Source of the DNA: Chiloscyllium plagiosum
Taxonomy: Eukaryota
NCBI RefSeq assembly: GCF_004010195.1
Contig: NC_057710.1
Location: forward strand, 148,954,554-149,018,553
Direction: 5' to 3'
DNA length: 64,000 nucleotides
In this document: one piece after another, positions 1-14,170 of the stretch
Position numbering within the stretch: the stretch's first letter is position 1
Layout of the letters: every line of letters begins with the position of its first letter
Translations under genes and position numbers: made by a program
Notes under the pieces: model-generated
The model's input: the letters and a program-made list of their open reading frames with translations, nothing else
Database searches by the model: none
What the model was told of the DNA's origin: nothing

Positions 1-297
1 TCCGACCTGCCTAGCTCCTTTTCCACCTATCCACTCCACCCTCTCCTCCCTGACCTATCACCTTCATCTCCTCCCCCACTCACCCATTGTACTCTATGCT
101 ACTCTCTCCCCACGCCCACCCTCCCTTAGCTTATCTCTCCACGCTTCAGGCTCTCTGCCTTTATTCCTGATGAAGGGCTTTTGCCCGAAACGTCGATTTT
201 GCTGAAGCTCCTCGGATGCTGCCTGAACTGCTGTGTTCTTCCAGCACCATCGATCCAGAATCTGGTTTCCAGCATCTGCAGTCATTGTTTTTACCTC
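1..297 (+). mobile_element. Penelope-like element 3' end (pLTR) with hammerhead motif
   Basis: Pyrimidine-rich tract, then CTGATGAAGGGCTTTTGCCCGAAACGTCGA and a tail ending CAGTCATTGTTTTTACCT, also seen inverted at 44383-44435. Confidence 0.7.
167..196 (+). ncRNA. Minimal hammerhead ribozyme motif
   Basis: CUGAUGA-A-GGGC(UUUU)GCCC-GAAAC-GUC; core intact, palindromic ACGU in place of stem III. Confidence 0.7.
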
Positions 298-1039
298 ACA
301 GACAGTGAAGTAGTCTACTAGTTACATCTTTCCAACCTTAAGACTCATTTGTTCAAAGCCTGTCTTCATTAATCCATGATAATTATCCTCAACATCATGT
401 GTTCCTGAATTCTGCCCATTTTTTACATGGCACCTTATTGAATGTTTTCTGGAAATCCAAATTCACGAGAAGACTTATAAAGAAAAAAGAGGAGGGGAAG
501 GGGCAGGTTGGGCACTGCTGTCTCAGAGCTTATAATCCCACTTGGAAAATCTTTACCTCACTACATGCTGTGTGAAAATATTGATTCTCGTGGCACATTT
601 GCTTCTACTGCAACCTACCCCAATTCTGTACTCTATTGTCCTCTATCCTTTAAGGATTGGGAATAGATTCACCCTATCTATACAGACCAGGCCCCTCATG
701 ATTTTGACTGAATTTTTTTCAATCTATCCTGATCATCTTTGTGATAATCTCTTTTCTCGTTGTTTGTCTTATTCACTCTGGAGGTCTCCGTTCTCTCTCA
801 AACCTAAATGTTATTCTACCACATCTCTAAGATTTAGGAATGCAGCAAAATGGGAAACATGCATGAATTGGTCAGAAAGATGATACAAGAAAAGCATGGG
901 GTTCAGGTAAGGGAGAGCAAAGGGTGAAGCAGCTGTGGCCAGAAAGAAGAGATTAAGATTATTTATGGCAAGGGCAGACAAGACTAGTGAACATGAAACT
1001 ATTTTGACTCTTGTGAAAACCCCTCTCTATTTCATTCAC

Positions 1040-2560
1040 TAAAGTCCTTTAGGGAAAGATGTCTGTTGTCTTTAGCTAGTTTGGCCTACATTTCACCCAA
1101 TGCATATAAGGTTGTTGACTCTCACGTACCCGGTCAAAAGGTATTGCAAGGATCTCCTGAACCTGACTGTTATAGAACCATTAAAAAGGAATGAAACTGG
1201 GTAGATCACTTGGCATCCAGCTAAGCACCGGAAGGAGCAGTGGCACACCATGTCTTGTACTATAAAGACCCCCTTGCTAACAACATCTAGGGACTTATGC
1301 CAAAGATGACAGTCATATTCATGAAATTGTCAATTACTGATAAAGATAGATAATTACAGATACCTCCATTACAATCCCTGGAAATTTCAGTCAAAAGGAC
1401 TGACACATTAGAGGTGGTGACGAAGTACTGTATGATCATGAGGGAACTGATCCTGGAGACCTGAACATCAACTCTGAACCCTGTAATGTTTCAAGGTATC
1501 AGAGAAAACAATAGCAAGGCAAATTCCTCACCATCACCTGAAAAGTTCCCTCAGCTGTTGAGAGTATCCCTCTATACTGAATGTCACTTGAAAGCAATGA
1601 GGGTAACAGAATGTGCTCCACATGGAGGTTTTCAGTATTCATCACTAAGAGTAGTTCAACAGAACCACTACTGACAAAAGGTTACTGAATCCTGAAGCAC
1701 ACATCTTCTGTACTGGGCCTGCAGATAGTGATGAGGGAACCAAGAGGGAAAAAACTCTTACTTGACCTCATCTTCGCCAATTAACCTGTCCACAATACTG
1801 CTAGTAAGAATACTTGTGGAGAAGAAATCCTGCCTTCACAGTGAGATCCAGCATGCTGCATGGCACAATGAACAGTCCACGTTCAATTGCAACAAGATCT
1901 GGACAATATCCAGGCTTTGGCTGATAGGTGCCAAATAACACTCCCACGTCAAAAATGCCAGACTATGACCATCACCAATAAGAGACAGACAATCGAACCA
2001 TTGTCCCTTGGCATTCAATGGTGTTACTATCACTGAATCTTCCACTATCATCATCCTGGGGGTGATTATTGACCAGAAACTCAACTGGACTTACCACTTA
2101 AACACAGTGGCTACAAGAGCAAGTCAGAGGCTGGGAATATTGCAGTGAGTAACTCACATCCCTACTCCTCAAAGTCTATCCACCACTAACAAGGCACAAG
2201 TCAGGAATGTGATGGAATACTCTCCCACTTGCCTGGATGAGTGCTGCTGTAACACTCAACAAGCTTGACACCATCCAGGAGAAAGCAGCTTGCTTGATTG
2301 GTAGTATATCTACAAGCATCCGCTCCCTCAAAACTCATTCAAGTTCCCCTCCAGGCCACTCTCCATCCTGACCTGGAGATACATCGCTATTCCTTCACTG
2401 TCACAGGGTCAAAATCCTGGAATTCCCTCCCTAATGGCATTGTGGGTCAATCCACAGCAGGTGGACTGCAGCAGTTCACCTCCACCTTCTCAAGGGCAAC
2501 TAGGGATGACCAATAAATGCTGGTCAGCCAATAATACCAACATCCCACAAAATGAGCAAA
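1040..2560 (+). mobile_element. Degenerate Deu-type SINE piece followed by LINE (CR1/L2 group) fragments
   Basis: Decayed RT C-terminal sequence (ATCCTGGGGGTGATTATTGACCAGAAACTCAACTGG) and a 3' tail CTCAAGGGCAACTAGGGATG...ATAAATGCTGG recurring at ~10600, 25320, 52130, 60840. Confidence 0.6.
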
Positions 2561-2599
2561 ACAAAAAGGCAGAATAAATCAGAAGATAATGAAGACATG

Positions 2600-3740
2600 T
2601 ACAAAACTCATTAATCATTAGTGACTTTAATTATAATATAGATTGGCAAAATCTAATTAGCAGAAGTAGCTACAAGGAAGAATTCAGAGTGCATTTGGGG
2701 CAGTTTCCCAGAACAATGTATTGTGGATTGAATCAGGGATCAGGTTACTTTGCATATGATCAAGCCTAATAAACGATCTCAGAGTAAAAGATCCCCAAAG
2801 AACAGAGACCATAACATGGTAGAATATAGCATTCAGTTTGACAGCAAGTAACTTGGATTGGAAACAACTGACTAAACTTAAATAACGAGAATTACAAATG
2901 AAGAAGGGAGAATTGGGTGGAGAGGACTGGGAGAGAAGTTCAGCATGATGGCAATTTGTAACTAATGGATCAGTGCTGGACCACAATCAGTTACAATATA
3001 AATCAATGATCTGATGACAGGTGAATGTAGTATAGCCACATTTGTGGATGACAAAAATAGGTGGGAAGGCAAGTAGTGAGGATGACTCAAGGAGTCGACA
3101 GAGGAATATAGATAGGTTAAGTGAGTGGACAAACACGTGGCAGATATAATATGTGGGAAAATGTGCTCTGTGGTAAGAAAAAGTAGAAAAACTGAGTATT
3201 ATTTAAATGGGGAAATACTGCAGAAAGTTCCAGCCTTTGGGATTTAGTAGTTCTGGTCCATAAATCACAAAGTTGGCATCCACGTTCAGCTCATAATAGA
3301 CAAGGTAATGAGACTGCTGACCTTTATTTCAAAGGGAATGGAACAGGAAAAAAGAAAGGGAGGTTTTGCTAAAACTATACAAAGGCACAAGTCAAACTGT
3401 AAAAAGTCTGGTCCTTTTATTTAAGGGATATACTGGAATTGGACACAGTCCCAAAAGTTTCACTGTGTTAATCCTGGACATGGAGTGATTTTCTTATGAG
3501 TAGAGGTTGAATAGATTGGGCTTGTACAAATTAGTGGAGTTAACAGAAAGAGAGGTCTTGTTGAAACAAAAGATTGTCAGGGAGCTAGACAGGGGAGATG
3601 CAGAGAGGCTGTTTCCCCTTGTGGGAGACTGTTGAGCAAGAATGCATAAAATCAGAGTAAGGAGTTGCCCACATGACAGACAAGAAGAATTTTTTCTGAG
3701 AGTTGTGAATCTATTTATTCTTTGCCGCACAGCACATGGT
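2600..3740 (+). mobile_element. CR1 LINE fragment
   Basis: Decayed GSVLGP..., FVDD and CR1 3' coding sequence. Confidence 0.7.
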
Positions 3741-6120
3741 GACAAAAACCATATATTTTAAATATGCTTTAATTTTGGAATTTGGATTTCAAAATAGATG
3801 CAGGTGAACGTTAGTTATTTCTGTGAAGGATTTTCTTTAAACAAAAGTCACAGTGTCCTTACGGAACAATGACCTAATCCAGTGTTTGTCAAGTCAGCAA
3901 GTGACTACAAACCTGTGGCATTAATGAAAAGATGTTTATGCAGTTATGCTAGGAAAGTTAGAGTAAACATGTAGAGCTAGTTTGTTTTTGTTCAGAAGAA
4001 TGTAAGACAAGCAAGCTTTTATTAAAACTGAAGTTCAGTTCAGAAACAAGTTTTTCTTGTTCAGTTCACATTAATGTGTTGAGTTTAGATGTTTAGTCTT
4101 CTTCCTAGTAAGTTGACTAACTTTTTAGGGCAGTTCAGACAAGAGTTTAGTTTGTAAAACTTCCAAACAAGAGTTTGGTTAGAAGTCTACAAGTTATTAG
4201 CACTGAGAAACATTAATTCCTCTGATTTGTGGAAAAGATATTTATCCCAAACTTCTAAATTATGCAGCATCCTGACCAGCATATCGATGAAACTGTAGCT
4301 CCAAATCACGAGCAGAAAAGGCAAAGGCTTCTTTTATCGCAAAACACTCTAGCAGAATTTTTCACTAAAAATTTTCAAAACTATTCAGCCTCTGATACTA
4401 AGTGGAATGGATGCTAGAAATAGAGTTGTACCTTAAGTCTTATGCTAATCTTGAAAATATCTCTCTCCAAGAACAAGCCTATCCACAACGTTCTGCAGTA
4501 AACCTCAAATTATAAGATCAGCTATCCATTTACATCTGAACTTACATGAGCAACCCACCAAATAATTGGTGTGGGAGCTATCGTGGAAGTTATACATTCA
4601 TCACAAGGTGCCTGTTTCAGCCAATGCTTTTCAATTTTCTTTGTATGCTGGGAAACTTTCAACATCAGTTCATAAAAAATCTTCACTACTCCTTGCATGA
4701 AATAGGAGAGAACCTGCGTAAGTGCAACTCTAATGTGCTTGCAGGGCTGAATTATAATTTTGCAGAACACTGGAGAGAATAACTCCAGGGTAACCTGCAG
4801 GGAGCCAAGGAGGTAACAAGGGAACTTTACTGTCAGTTTTCCACTGGTGAGACACACACAGGTCTTTGATCATCAGCAACAGGCAGCTGACAGTGAGAGA
4901 AATGATGATGGTGGAGATGGTTCATCATCATTGCCTCCCAGTAACCTCCTTCAAAATTAAGAGGTAGATAGAGAATAGAAGTAGCACATTTGTGTCAATG
5001 CCAAATAGCTGGAATTAACACTAGGGTTAAAAAAGGATAAATGCAAGTCACAAGATGCCCAACATTACGGCCTAGCAGTTTACTGCCCTAACCTCTGACA
5101 CTTCACAGTTAACAGATTAACAGTTCAAGATGTTCAATGCAGTTGTGACTAGGCACCAGGAGACAACTGGTGAGATTGTAAAGGAAAATCTCTTCAAAAA
5201 CAATAGAGCAGTTTTGCATGGTATCACAACGAGAGAACAAGAATACTTCCCTTTCTTCCCTTGACTACAGTACCTCTTCTAAATCAAAGTCATTGATAGG
5301 TTCAGTTGAAAACCATTTATCCAGCAATGTGATTTAAGATTCACAGTCAGTTACAGAAAAAAATTCTGCTGCTTGGTATATTTCAAAGGAATCCTGAATG
5401 ACAAAAACAAACTGCACACAAGAAAGCAATTGCACCACCAATAAACGGAAAAAACTTAGTATGGCAACTCTCAATTGTACGAAAAAATAACTAACTTCTG
5501 AATTTGGACAATCCAAGCTCCAATGACTTTGACTTTGAAACAACTAATCACGAATAAAGGAGTTGTAATGCAAACCACCGTACAAGATACGTTAACTAAG
5601 TTTGTGCAAGGTGGATTATTATATTAGAAAAAAGTAAATCTTTCTACCACAGAATCAGTTTTTAATGCCTGCATGTGTCGATCTAATTGAATAATGTTTA
5701 CACAGTGAAGGAATAAACGCGTTAAGTCCATAGCAAAGGTCAGTTCACATGTTCAAAATATGGAATACAGGTATATTCTATTTTCTAACAAAATGTCATG
5801 GGTGAACAGAATGTATACCAAATTTTGAAAAGCACTATTTTTTTCAAAGAAGTAAAACTAAATTTAGATTTGCATTTGCAGAGGCTTAGGTAGAAGTGGT
5901 CTCTCATGTCCCGAAGATAGATCTGTGGAGCACAGGCGCATTAAAGAGACGGTAAAATGTGCCTTCGGTATAGAACTACCATTTGAAGAAAACTAAACAT
6001 TTATCTGGTAGCTGCTATTTTATGGGACAGAAATGATGTTTTCCTGTCAGTAAAAAGCATTAAAGTGGTTCAAGAGCAAGTCTAGGAAGGTATGCATTGT
6101 CCACATTTAGCACACATCAC

Positions 6121-6270
6121 CTTTGGCTTCCAGTTCTTTGACCGATAACGCAGCAATTTTAGTGCACTTGTGTATTCAGCTTGCATTCTTCTTGCAGGAA
6201 CAAGGAAGTCTCCATCAGCTTTTGTGATAACAACTAAATCTGCCATCTCTATTATACCACGTTTAATACC
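6121..6270 (-). CDS. MMAA: MMAA coding exon 5 (last exon is outside the window)
   Basis: ctttag|GGT...AAG|gtgatg; [50 protein letters not shown]; 150 nt. Confidence 0.96.
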
Positions 6271-7840
6271 CTAAAGGAACAAAAAAAAATTATTTCACTG
6301 CAGAGAATACTGATATATTTTTAAAGTCCAATCCTATTGTTTAATGATTTTTCTCTATGCCTGTCTTTTGAAGGAACATTCTTAAATATAATCCACCTAT
6401 AGCATACATTCTTAGCTATTAATTATTTGAGAGCTTGGGCAGTGGGACTGACAGGCTACTCAACTAGATGAGACATTATAGCTGAAGATGCATGGCTCAT
6501 GCTTTATAGAAGACACATAATTGATACTGACACGTGCAATTCCTGAATTGCAACTACTGATGGGAACGTTGACCAACTTTCCTATCACCAACTTGGGCAC
6601 AATTTTTATTTTCCACATCATATCAGGTAAGATATGCTAATTTAGGAACCTACAGAAGTCACTTAAACTCAAATTTGGAAGCAAAGCTATTCCTCAATGA
6701 CATGCAACCAAGCAACAGCAGAATGTCTGAGGCTCTGACACAAAGTGTAAAGTTTTTGGAAGCTTCAAATTTAAAGTTTCAATATTTTCCTTTCTTTGTT
6801 TCCCTACCACACCCCAATTTCCAGGAGGGCATGTAATTCTCTTGCCTGAGAATTGTTCTAGTCTGTCAAACACTGCTGTATTCCTTCCTAACAGATTTGT
6901 CTCTTTAGGGCAAGGCTGATTTTACACTATATATGCCCTCTACTCTTTCCCCAGAATTCAAAACATTTTGCCATTTTCCAAAGACAACCAGAGAATCCAA
7001 TATTTGGATAATCGAATGCCGGATAATCGAGCTTCCTCTGTAAACATATTAGCGATATAGTCTAATCAAGCCAGTAAAACACAAGCTTGACATATTTAGT
7101 AAATGTCAATGGGGAAAGAAAATGCTCACACACTACCTCTGGAATGCAAGTGCCCTGACATTTTACAGGTCTTACAAAAATTTTAAGTGTTTACATTAAT
7201 ACCCTACTGCTGAATTAATTTAATCAAAGTTAAATGTGTGCAACTGAAATTATATTTTTATTAGTTTAAAACAATACAGGTCAACATGGATTCATTCTGC
7301 AAGTAGGCAAGTACTACCATACAGTCCAACGAAACTTGGGTTTAAAAAAAAGTTGCGATTGTAATCAAAATTTAAAACAAAAATAACGCAAGAACCAACT
7401 CCACATAAAACCTCCAGCTTTCCAAATGACTTATTTAATTTCAAACTAACCCTACTGAGATACTGCAAGATTAAGTCACAATACATGCCAAGTATCAACC
7501 AAGGCATTTTAGTTAGATCAGAATCCCTCAAAGAAGGAGAAATACATTACAGCAATACAATCCAAGGGAGGATGCCATAACTTAAAAGAAAAGGCATTGG
7601 TGCAATATTGGCACAGTTTTCAACAAAATATCTCAAAATCTCAAGTTTATTCCTGCTCGCTGCCCTTAAATTGCAATCAACCCAAACAATTTTGAAATAT
7701 TTGTTGATAGTAATAATTCAGGTTAAATTTAAATTAAAACTTTAAATTAAAAAAGAATTTGAGACAGTTTCTATTTGATCTAAATTCCACACATCAACCA
7801 TTAATTAATTAAAATATCCAACAAACAGCTTGCATCTTAC

Positions 7841-7926
7841 CTGCAATTCATCTCCTCCTACTGGTGGAATGAATAAAATCAGCATATCCACCATGTCTGC
7901 TACTGCAAATTCTGACTGTCCCACGC
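7841..7926 (-). CDS. MMAA: MMAA coding exon 4
   Basis: ttacag|GC...CAG|gtaag; [29 protein letters not shown]; 86 nt. Confidence 0.96.
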
Positions 7927-8322
7927 CTGTAAAATAAAAACACACCAACATTCAATAGTTCTAGCAAAACTATATTTGGAATAGGATAGGCAATTCAGCC
8001 AGTTGCACTTGCTCCGCCATTTAAAATGATCACTGTGGATCAAATACATCAATGTCTTTTATCCACACCATTTTATAACCTTTTTATGGATTGATCGAAT
8101 ATTTTATCAAACTCTTCATTAAATATGACTAAGCTTCCTCTGGAGTGGAGAATTCCAAAGATTCACTACTGTGTAAAGAAACTCTCATTTGTGCTAAATG
8201 CATCCCCCGATTAACTGCAGGGTAAATATCTTGTCTGTATCCATCCTGTCTATTCTTTTAAGTACTTTGTAGGTTTTAATGACATCACCTATCATTTTTC
8301 AAAACTATAAAGAGAAAACAGG

Positions 8323-8863
8323 TGTAGCATTAAGCTTCAATCAAAATGCATTTTATTCTTCCTAGATTGTTAAAATACAACAAAAAAATTGGTATAGCTT
8401 TACTCTATTGAAATACTTAAGGTGTTATTTAACCACTAATCACCTATTTCAAAAGAGGCAGCATGCCATAAACAAAGCCTTGGCAAAACTTATTATTCTC
8501 ACGTTCTACCTCCTGAATCAAGTAAAAAGAAACACCGAAAGAAATAATCTGCCCTTTTTGATTTTTTTTTAAAAGAGGAAGCCTCTCTGTCTAAGACTTC
8601 ACCCAATCAGAGAACTCAAGCTTTCGGCTCCAGCGGCCAGCAAAAACCTACTCCATTGAAAGCAAAACTAGTCTTCTGAGTCTGAGAGAGCTTGACCCCA
8701 CCCACTCGTGATTCTTTGTCTTACTTTAGAAAAACAAATATCTATGGAGAATTCAAAGCTGTTTACCAACTGCCTGTCTGAAAGAGACATTTTGACACCA
8801 ATGACAACACCCCTCTGCGAAAGAAGCAAGACAGAATACATCTCAAAGGCACAGTATTGTCAC
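8323..8863 (-). mobile_element. Possible solo-LTR fragment inserted in a CR1 remnant
   Basis: Minus strand begins TGTGACAATACTGTGCCTTTGAG with AATAAA near the other end; interrupts CR1-like sequence. No clean TSD. Confidence 0.35.
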
Positions 8864-9221
8864 AAAACTTCGTTTCTGTCCTCTCTGGCAATAATATAAG
8901 TAGACCAGGTGCGATCTACCAAGTTCTGTAGGCACTGAAGCTAAATTTACAACACCTGCTTGGAAATCTTCTTGTAACAAAGACTAATATCTATTAGCAT
9001 TCTTAATAGTTTGCTGCACTAGTATGTCCTTGTAGCACTGCAATAACTATTGTCGGCCAACACAAGAATAACTTTTACTGCTACTATGTTCCGTCAGTTA
9101 GCCAATTGGTAACCCATGTTAGTACGTTACCTCATAGCATCTAGTTTAATTTTACAAATCAACTGCCTGCAGTAGGCCTTATCAAATTCCTTCTGAATGT
9201 CCAATCATACTGTATTTTTAG

Positions 9222-9390
9222 GAGTTGGTTAGTTCAGCTGGCTAGACAGCTAGTTTGCATTGCAGAGCAAGTCAATTCCTACAATGGCCAGTTTACTATA
9301 AAGGACTCTCCTACGCAACCTCTCCAGAGGTAAGTGAATCACCACTAGTTGTGAATCCCTAATGAAACAGCAACTTTCTGGTCTTCTGGG
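9222..9390 (+). mobile_element. tRNA-derived SINE, degenerate
   Basis: Head GTTGGTTAGTTCAGCTGGCTAGA...TTTGCATTGCAGA; related copy inverted at 62560-62770. Confidence 0.55.
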
Positions 9391-11044
9391 ATATTGTAAA
9401 ATTTCTTGGCCTTAAGAGTTTTAGAAGTTTGAATATTCATCTGAACCCCAGTTTAACATCGAAGCTTAAACACAACACTTTTAATAATGCAACTTTTATA
9501 TTTATGCTTACATTAGATAGAAAATTAAAAGTCAAGAACCACCATTAGTTCACAATATTGGCTGCAGAAGTTGATAAATGGAGTCAGCACTCATTCGGAG
9601 GTAGTACTCGCATTGGTAAATCGGAAGGTCAAGCAGCTTGACAAGAAAGATTCATCCACTTTCTAGGGCTTGTGTTTATTTGCACAAGCACAGAAACAAG
9701 GAGCAGCTTCAATTCTGGAATATGAAAACTGCCTGCAACATTCCCTTCATCACAAAAGCAACTATTCTTCAGAAGACTCTGATTGTGAAAGCATCCTGTG
9801 GCACCCTAATGCATTTATCTGCCCATTTCATTGCAAGTTCCTTCTTAATAAAAAGATGGTGGCACTAGCACGGTAGGTAGTGTTTAAGTTGAGCCTGTCC
9901 GCTCCAGGCTGGCCACATTTTCTTTCCTCTCTCCTTTTTTTCATCTTTATGTAGCAGGGAGGCCTGAGCAGTGGTGAGTCCAGCGGTTTGTCGGCAGAGC
10001 GTGGAGTCCATTGGTGGCGAGTCATCGATTGCAGTGATGTCGGTACCCAGAACGAGGATTCCTGGCTATGGTAAGTCTTGCAGAAGGCCTGGAGTCCTGC
10101 TTGTGACCCCAGCCAATGAAGATGAACTCTAAGTACTTCCTTTTTCTTCTTTTGTACCTCAAAGTGGTCCCAAATTGTGACAACAAAACACTATTCATTG
10201 CACCTCCCTAGATATAGGTGACAATAGATAATTCATCCATCAAGTTAATATCAATGGAGAAGATTTTCACAATGTAATTAACAGTGATACATTTTAGAAT
10301 ATTATTTGAACATCAGCTTCATACACAAAAGAATGCAGAAGCTCTCCAGACCCACAAGGATTCACCAAGGCTCCTTCAACAACACCCTCCAAACCCATGA
10401 CAACAACCATTTGAAAAGGCAAGATACATTGAAATACCATCACCTATAATCTCTCCTCCGACCCATTTGCCATCCTGACTTGGCAACATAAGACCGTTCA
10501 TTCATTGTCACCTGGCCAAAATCCTGAAACTTCACTCCTAGAATTACTGTACTTAGTAATGGACTGCAGTGATTCAAAACAAAAACTCATAACCACCTTA
10601 AAGGGCAACTAAGGTCAAGTAATAAATACTGACCAAGCCAAATGACACAGTCAACTTAAAATATTCAGGGAACAGCAAAATTGCTCAATTGTACCTATCA
10701 GAGTTTACAAATAACAGATCTTGGACATCAAGTTTAAACCTTAATATAACAAATAATTTATTAGAACACTGATAAACTACATGGCTACCTAATTAATATC
10801 TACAATATAAGCCCAAATCTCTTGGAATATAAACTTCCATTCTCATACTGACAGACACAGTTAAGGGATAAATCAGAAGTGAAAAATCAAAGATCTTAAT
10901 TTGCCAGTTCGATAACCTTTTCAATTATGATTACCATGCCTTCATGAAATTCTTGGATGATGGGTTGTACTGTAGGCACAAAACTACCTGGACACAGTTT
11001 TATTCCACAATGCACATTGGCTACAACATGATTGATGGATTGTG

Positions 11045-11165
11045 GACTTTTCTTTATATAACACAAACTTCCTGCTGAACGGGTACATTGGGTTTTTCCA
11101 TAGCGCGATTTTCTATAGCGCAAGGTTGCAGAGGAACACAACTCTCTTGTTATAGCAGAACGACC
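11045..11165. mobile_element. Short Tigger/pogo-like MITE remnant
   Basis: End GTTATAGCAGAACGACC resembles the terminal repeat of the element at 29539-30424. Confidence 0.45.
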
Positions 11166-12710
11166 ATTATTTTGCTTGAATTCCAAAGTCACTAGCCAAA
11201 GTAAAAAGATTCTGCAGATCGCGGGACACTTTTTACTTGTGTCTTATGGCAGAGGTGCTTTTCTCAGAACTTTCAACAAGTTGATTACTGAAGAACAACT
11301 AGAGAGAGCAGAATCAAAAACAAAAACCACAGTGTAGTCCTGCAGCTTCCAAAGCCAAATTGTCTCTGCCCAAAAACCCAGTCAGATCCAGTTAACTCTG
11401 TTTACTTTTTTTTAATATTCTTTGCGATTGGTTAGCCAGCTCCAGTCCTCCCTTGATTGATCAAGTCAACATCCAACCTACTACCAGTTCCTGATTCAGT
11501 ACAAATGTATCATCCACACTATAAATCTGCATTATTTTTCCAGACCAATTCCCAAAAGCAAACATTAGCCTTTTGTTCTCTTCTTTTTAAAAAAGCTGCT
11601 GCTTAAAGTTTCAATTTCAACTCATTTCCAGACCTAAAAGAAACACAGATGGTCTGAATACATTGAACCCAAGAATATTTTTTTTAAAAACAATATGGCA
11701 GCTCCAAAATGGAAGCGTTTGGAACAATTCTACAAATTCTCCAGAAAAGCAATATGTATGGATCACTCAATAGAGCAGTGAATCATTCAACTTCAAGCTT
11801 TCTTAAAGTCATAACTAACTAGAACCTTAACTGGAGGAGACATATAAAAACAATGGCTACAAGCAAAGGTCAGAAGCTGAGAATTCTGTGACAAATAACT
11901 TGTCAAAGTTTGTGCGAAGATTTGTAGCTCAGGTGCTCGTTGTTGTGGTTCTGTTCGCCGAGCTGGGAATGTGTGTTGCAGACGTTTTGTCCCCTGTCTA
12001 GGCGACATCCTCAGTGCTTGGGAGTCTCCTGTGAAGCGCTTCTGTGACCTTTCCTCCGGCATTTGTAGCGGTTTGAATCTGCCGCTTCCAGTTGTCAGTT
12101 CCAGCTGTCCGCTGCAGTGGCCAGTATATTGGGTCCAGGTCAATGTGCTTGTTGATTGAATCAGTGGATGAGTGCCATGCCTCTAGGAATTCCCTGGCTG
12201 TTCTCTGTTTGGCTTGTCCTATAACCTCAACACCAAGGAGAGGGAAGCACTAAAAGCACTAAGAAACGATAAGAACATAATCATACTACCAGCAGACAAA
12301 GGCAGAATGACGGTCATCCTGGACAAAGCAGAGTACATTCAGAAAGCGCAACTACTTGCAGATACCAACACCTACCAAAAGAGGGAGTTTGACCCCACCC
12401 CACCACTCACCAATAGGATAAACAACACACTGAGGAACCTACAAAATAAAACAGACAGATAACCAGATTTGACCTACAGAGAATGAAACCTGAAAGCAAC
12501 AACATGCCCAGATTCCATGGACTACCTAAAGTGCACAAACCAGACATCCTGCTCAGACCCATCGTATCACTACCAGGGACACCATCACACAAACTGACTA
12601 AAGAACTACAGCAGAAACTGAAACACCTGATCAGCAGATCCAGACACTATACAGTCAACACAGGAATTCTTGGACATCATCAGAAATATACACATAGACA
12701 AGGAAGAAAC

Positions 12711-13278
12711 NNNNNNNNNNNNNNNNNNNNNNNNNNNNNNNNNNNNNNNNNNNNNNNNNNNNNNNNNNNNNNNNNNNNNNNNNNNNNNNNNNNNNNNNNN
12801 NNNNNNNNNNNNNNNNNNNNNNNNNNNNNNNNNNNNNNNNNNNNNNNNNNNNNNNNNNNNNNNNNNNNNNNNNNNNNNNNNNNNNNNNNNNNNNNNNNNN
12901 NNNNNNNNNNNNNNNNNNNNNNNNNNNNNNNNNNNNNNNNNNNNNNNNNNNNNNNNNNNNNNNNNNNNNNNNNNNNNNNNNNNNNNNNNNNNNNNNNNNN
13001 NNNNNNNNNNNNNNNNNNNNNNNNNNNNNNNNNNNNNNNNNNNNNNNNNNNNNNNNNNNNNNNNNNNNNNNNNNNNNNNNNNNNNNNNNNNNNNNNNNNN
13101 NNNNNNNNNNNNNNNNNNNNNNNNNNNNNNNNNNNNNNNNNNNNNNNNNNNNNNNNNNNNNNNNNNNNNNNNNNNNNNNNNNNNNNNNNNNNNNNNNNNN
13201 NNNNNNNNNNNNNNNNNNNNNNNNNNNNNNNNNNNNNNNNNNNNNNNNNNNNNNNNNNNNNNNNNNNNNNNNNNNNNN
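12711..13278. other. Assembly gap (N run)
   Basis: Run of N. Confidence 1.
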
Positions 13279-13774
13279 TCTGAACTGACAGCCAGACTAC
13301 TACGACCACTAGGACTCATAACAGCACACAAACCAACAGCCACTCTCAGACAACAATTCACCAGGACAAAGGACCCGATACCCAGCATTAGCAAAACCAA
13401 CGTAGTATACAAAATCCCATGTAAGGACTACATAGGACAAACAGGAAGACAGCTAACGATCCGCATCCATGAACACCAACTAGCCACGAAATGACACGAC
13501 CAGCTATCCTTAGTAGCCACACACTCAGATGACAAGCAACATGAGTTCGACTGGGACAACACTATTATTATAGGACAAGCCAAACAGAGAAAGCCAAGGG
13601 AATTCCTAGAGGCATGGCACTCATCCACAGATTCAATCAATAAGCACATCGACCTGGACCCAATATACCGGCCACTGCAGCGGACAGCTGGAACGGGCAA
13701 CCGGAAGCGGCAGATTCAAACCACTACAAATGCCGAAGGAAAGATCACAGAAGCGCTTCACAGGAGACTCCCAA

Positions 13775-13814
13775 GCACTGAGGATGTCACCTAGACAGGG
13801 GACGAAACGTCTGC
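13775..13814 (+). ncRNA. Minimal hammerhead ribozyme motif in PLE pLTR
   Basis: GCA-CUGAGGA-U-GUCACCU(AGAC)AGGGGAC-GAAAC-GUC-UGC: stem I GCA/UGC, stem II, intact core. Confidence 0.75.
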
Positions 13815-14170
13815 AACACAAATTCCCAGCTCGGCGAACAGAACCACAATAATAACTTGTCAAAGCCTGTCCATCATCCCCAAGGCATACATCAGAAGCG
13901 TGAATGAATTCATCCCACCTGCCTAGGTTACGACTCACTGGATCGTAATTTGAACCCCGCTAATCTCAGAGTTGAAAGAAGATAGGCTAATCAAAAAGAA
14001 ATGTCCTCGGAGTATTGAGTTGTCATACACATAATTGCAAGGATATACTGATGTCCTTTTTTTTGTCTTTGGTAATACCCACATGTAAATAACACAAAGT
14101 TGTTCTTCAAAAACTGGCTAAGAAACAATAGTGCTGGTATGATTACATGTGGAGGTTTTCCTACCGTCTC

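Larger units (their letters stand above)
11909..13850 (+). mobile_element. Penelope-like retroelement (RT + GIY-YIG) with inverted pLTR and 15-bp TSD
   Basis: RT motifs IILPADKGRMTVILDK and PRFHGLPKVHKPDILLRPIVS; GIY-YIG VVYKIPC..YIGQTGR..IRIHEH; 11909-~12224 is the reverse complement of the 3' end; AATAACTTGTCAAAG at 11894-11908 and 13851-13865. Confidence 0.92.

Noticed and set aside
3760-4860. Possible LTR-like element
   Set aside because: Composition is suggestive but I found no termini, TSD or coding motif.
1-6120. Missing last MMAA exon as a sign of pseudogenisation
   Set aside because: Five exons are intact with canonical splice sites, and introns reach 15-18 kb, so the exon is most likely left of the window.
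12483-13494. 200-270 aa ORFs here, and 350-380 aa ORFs at 32219-33463
   Set aside because: Length is an artefact of translating through N runs.
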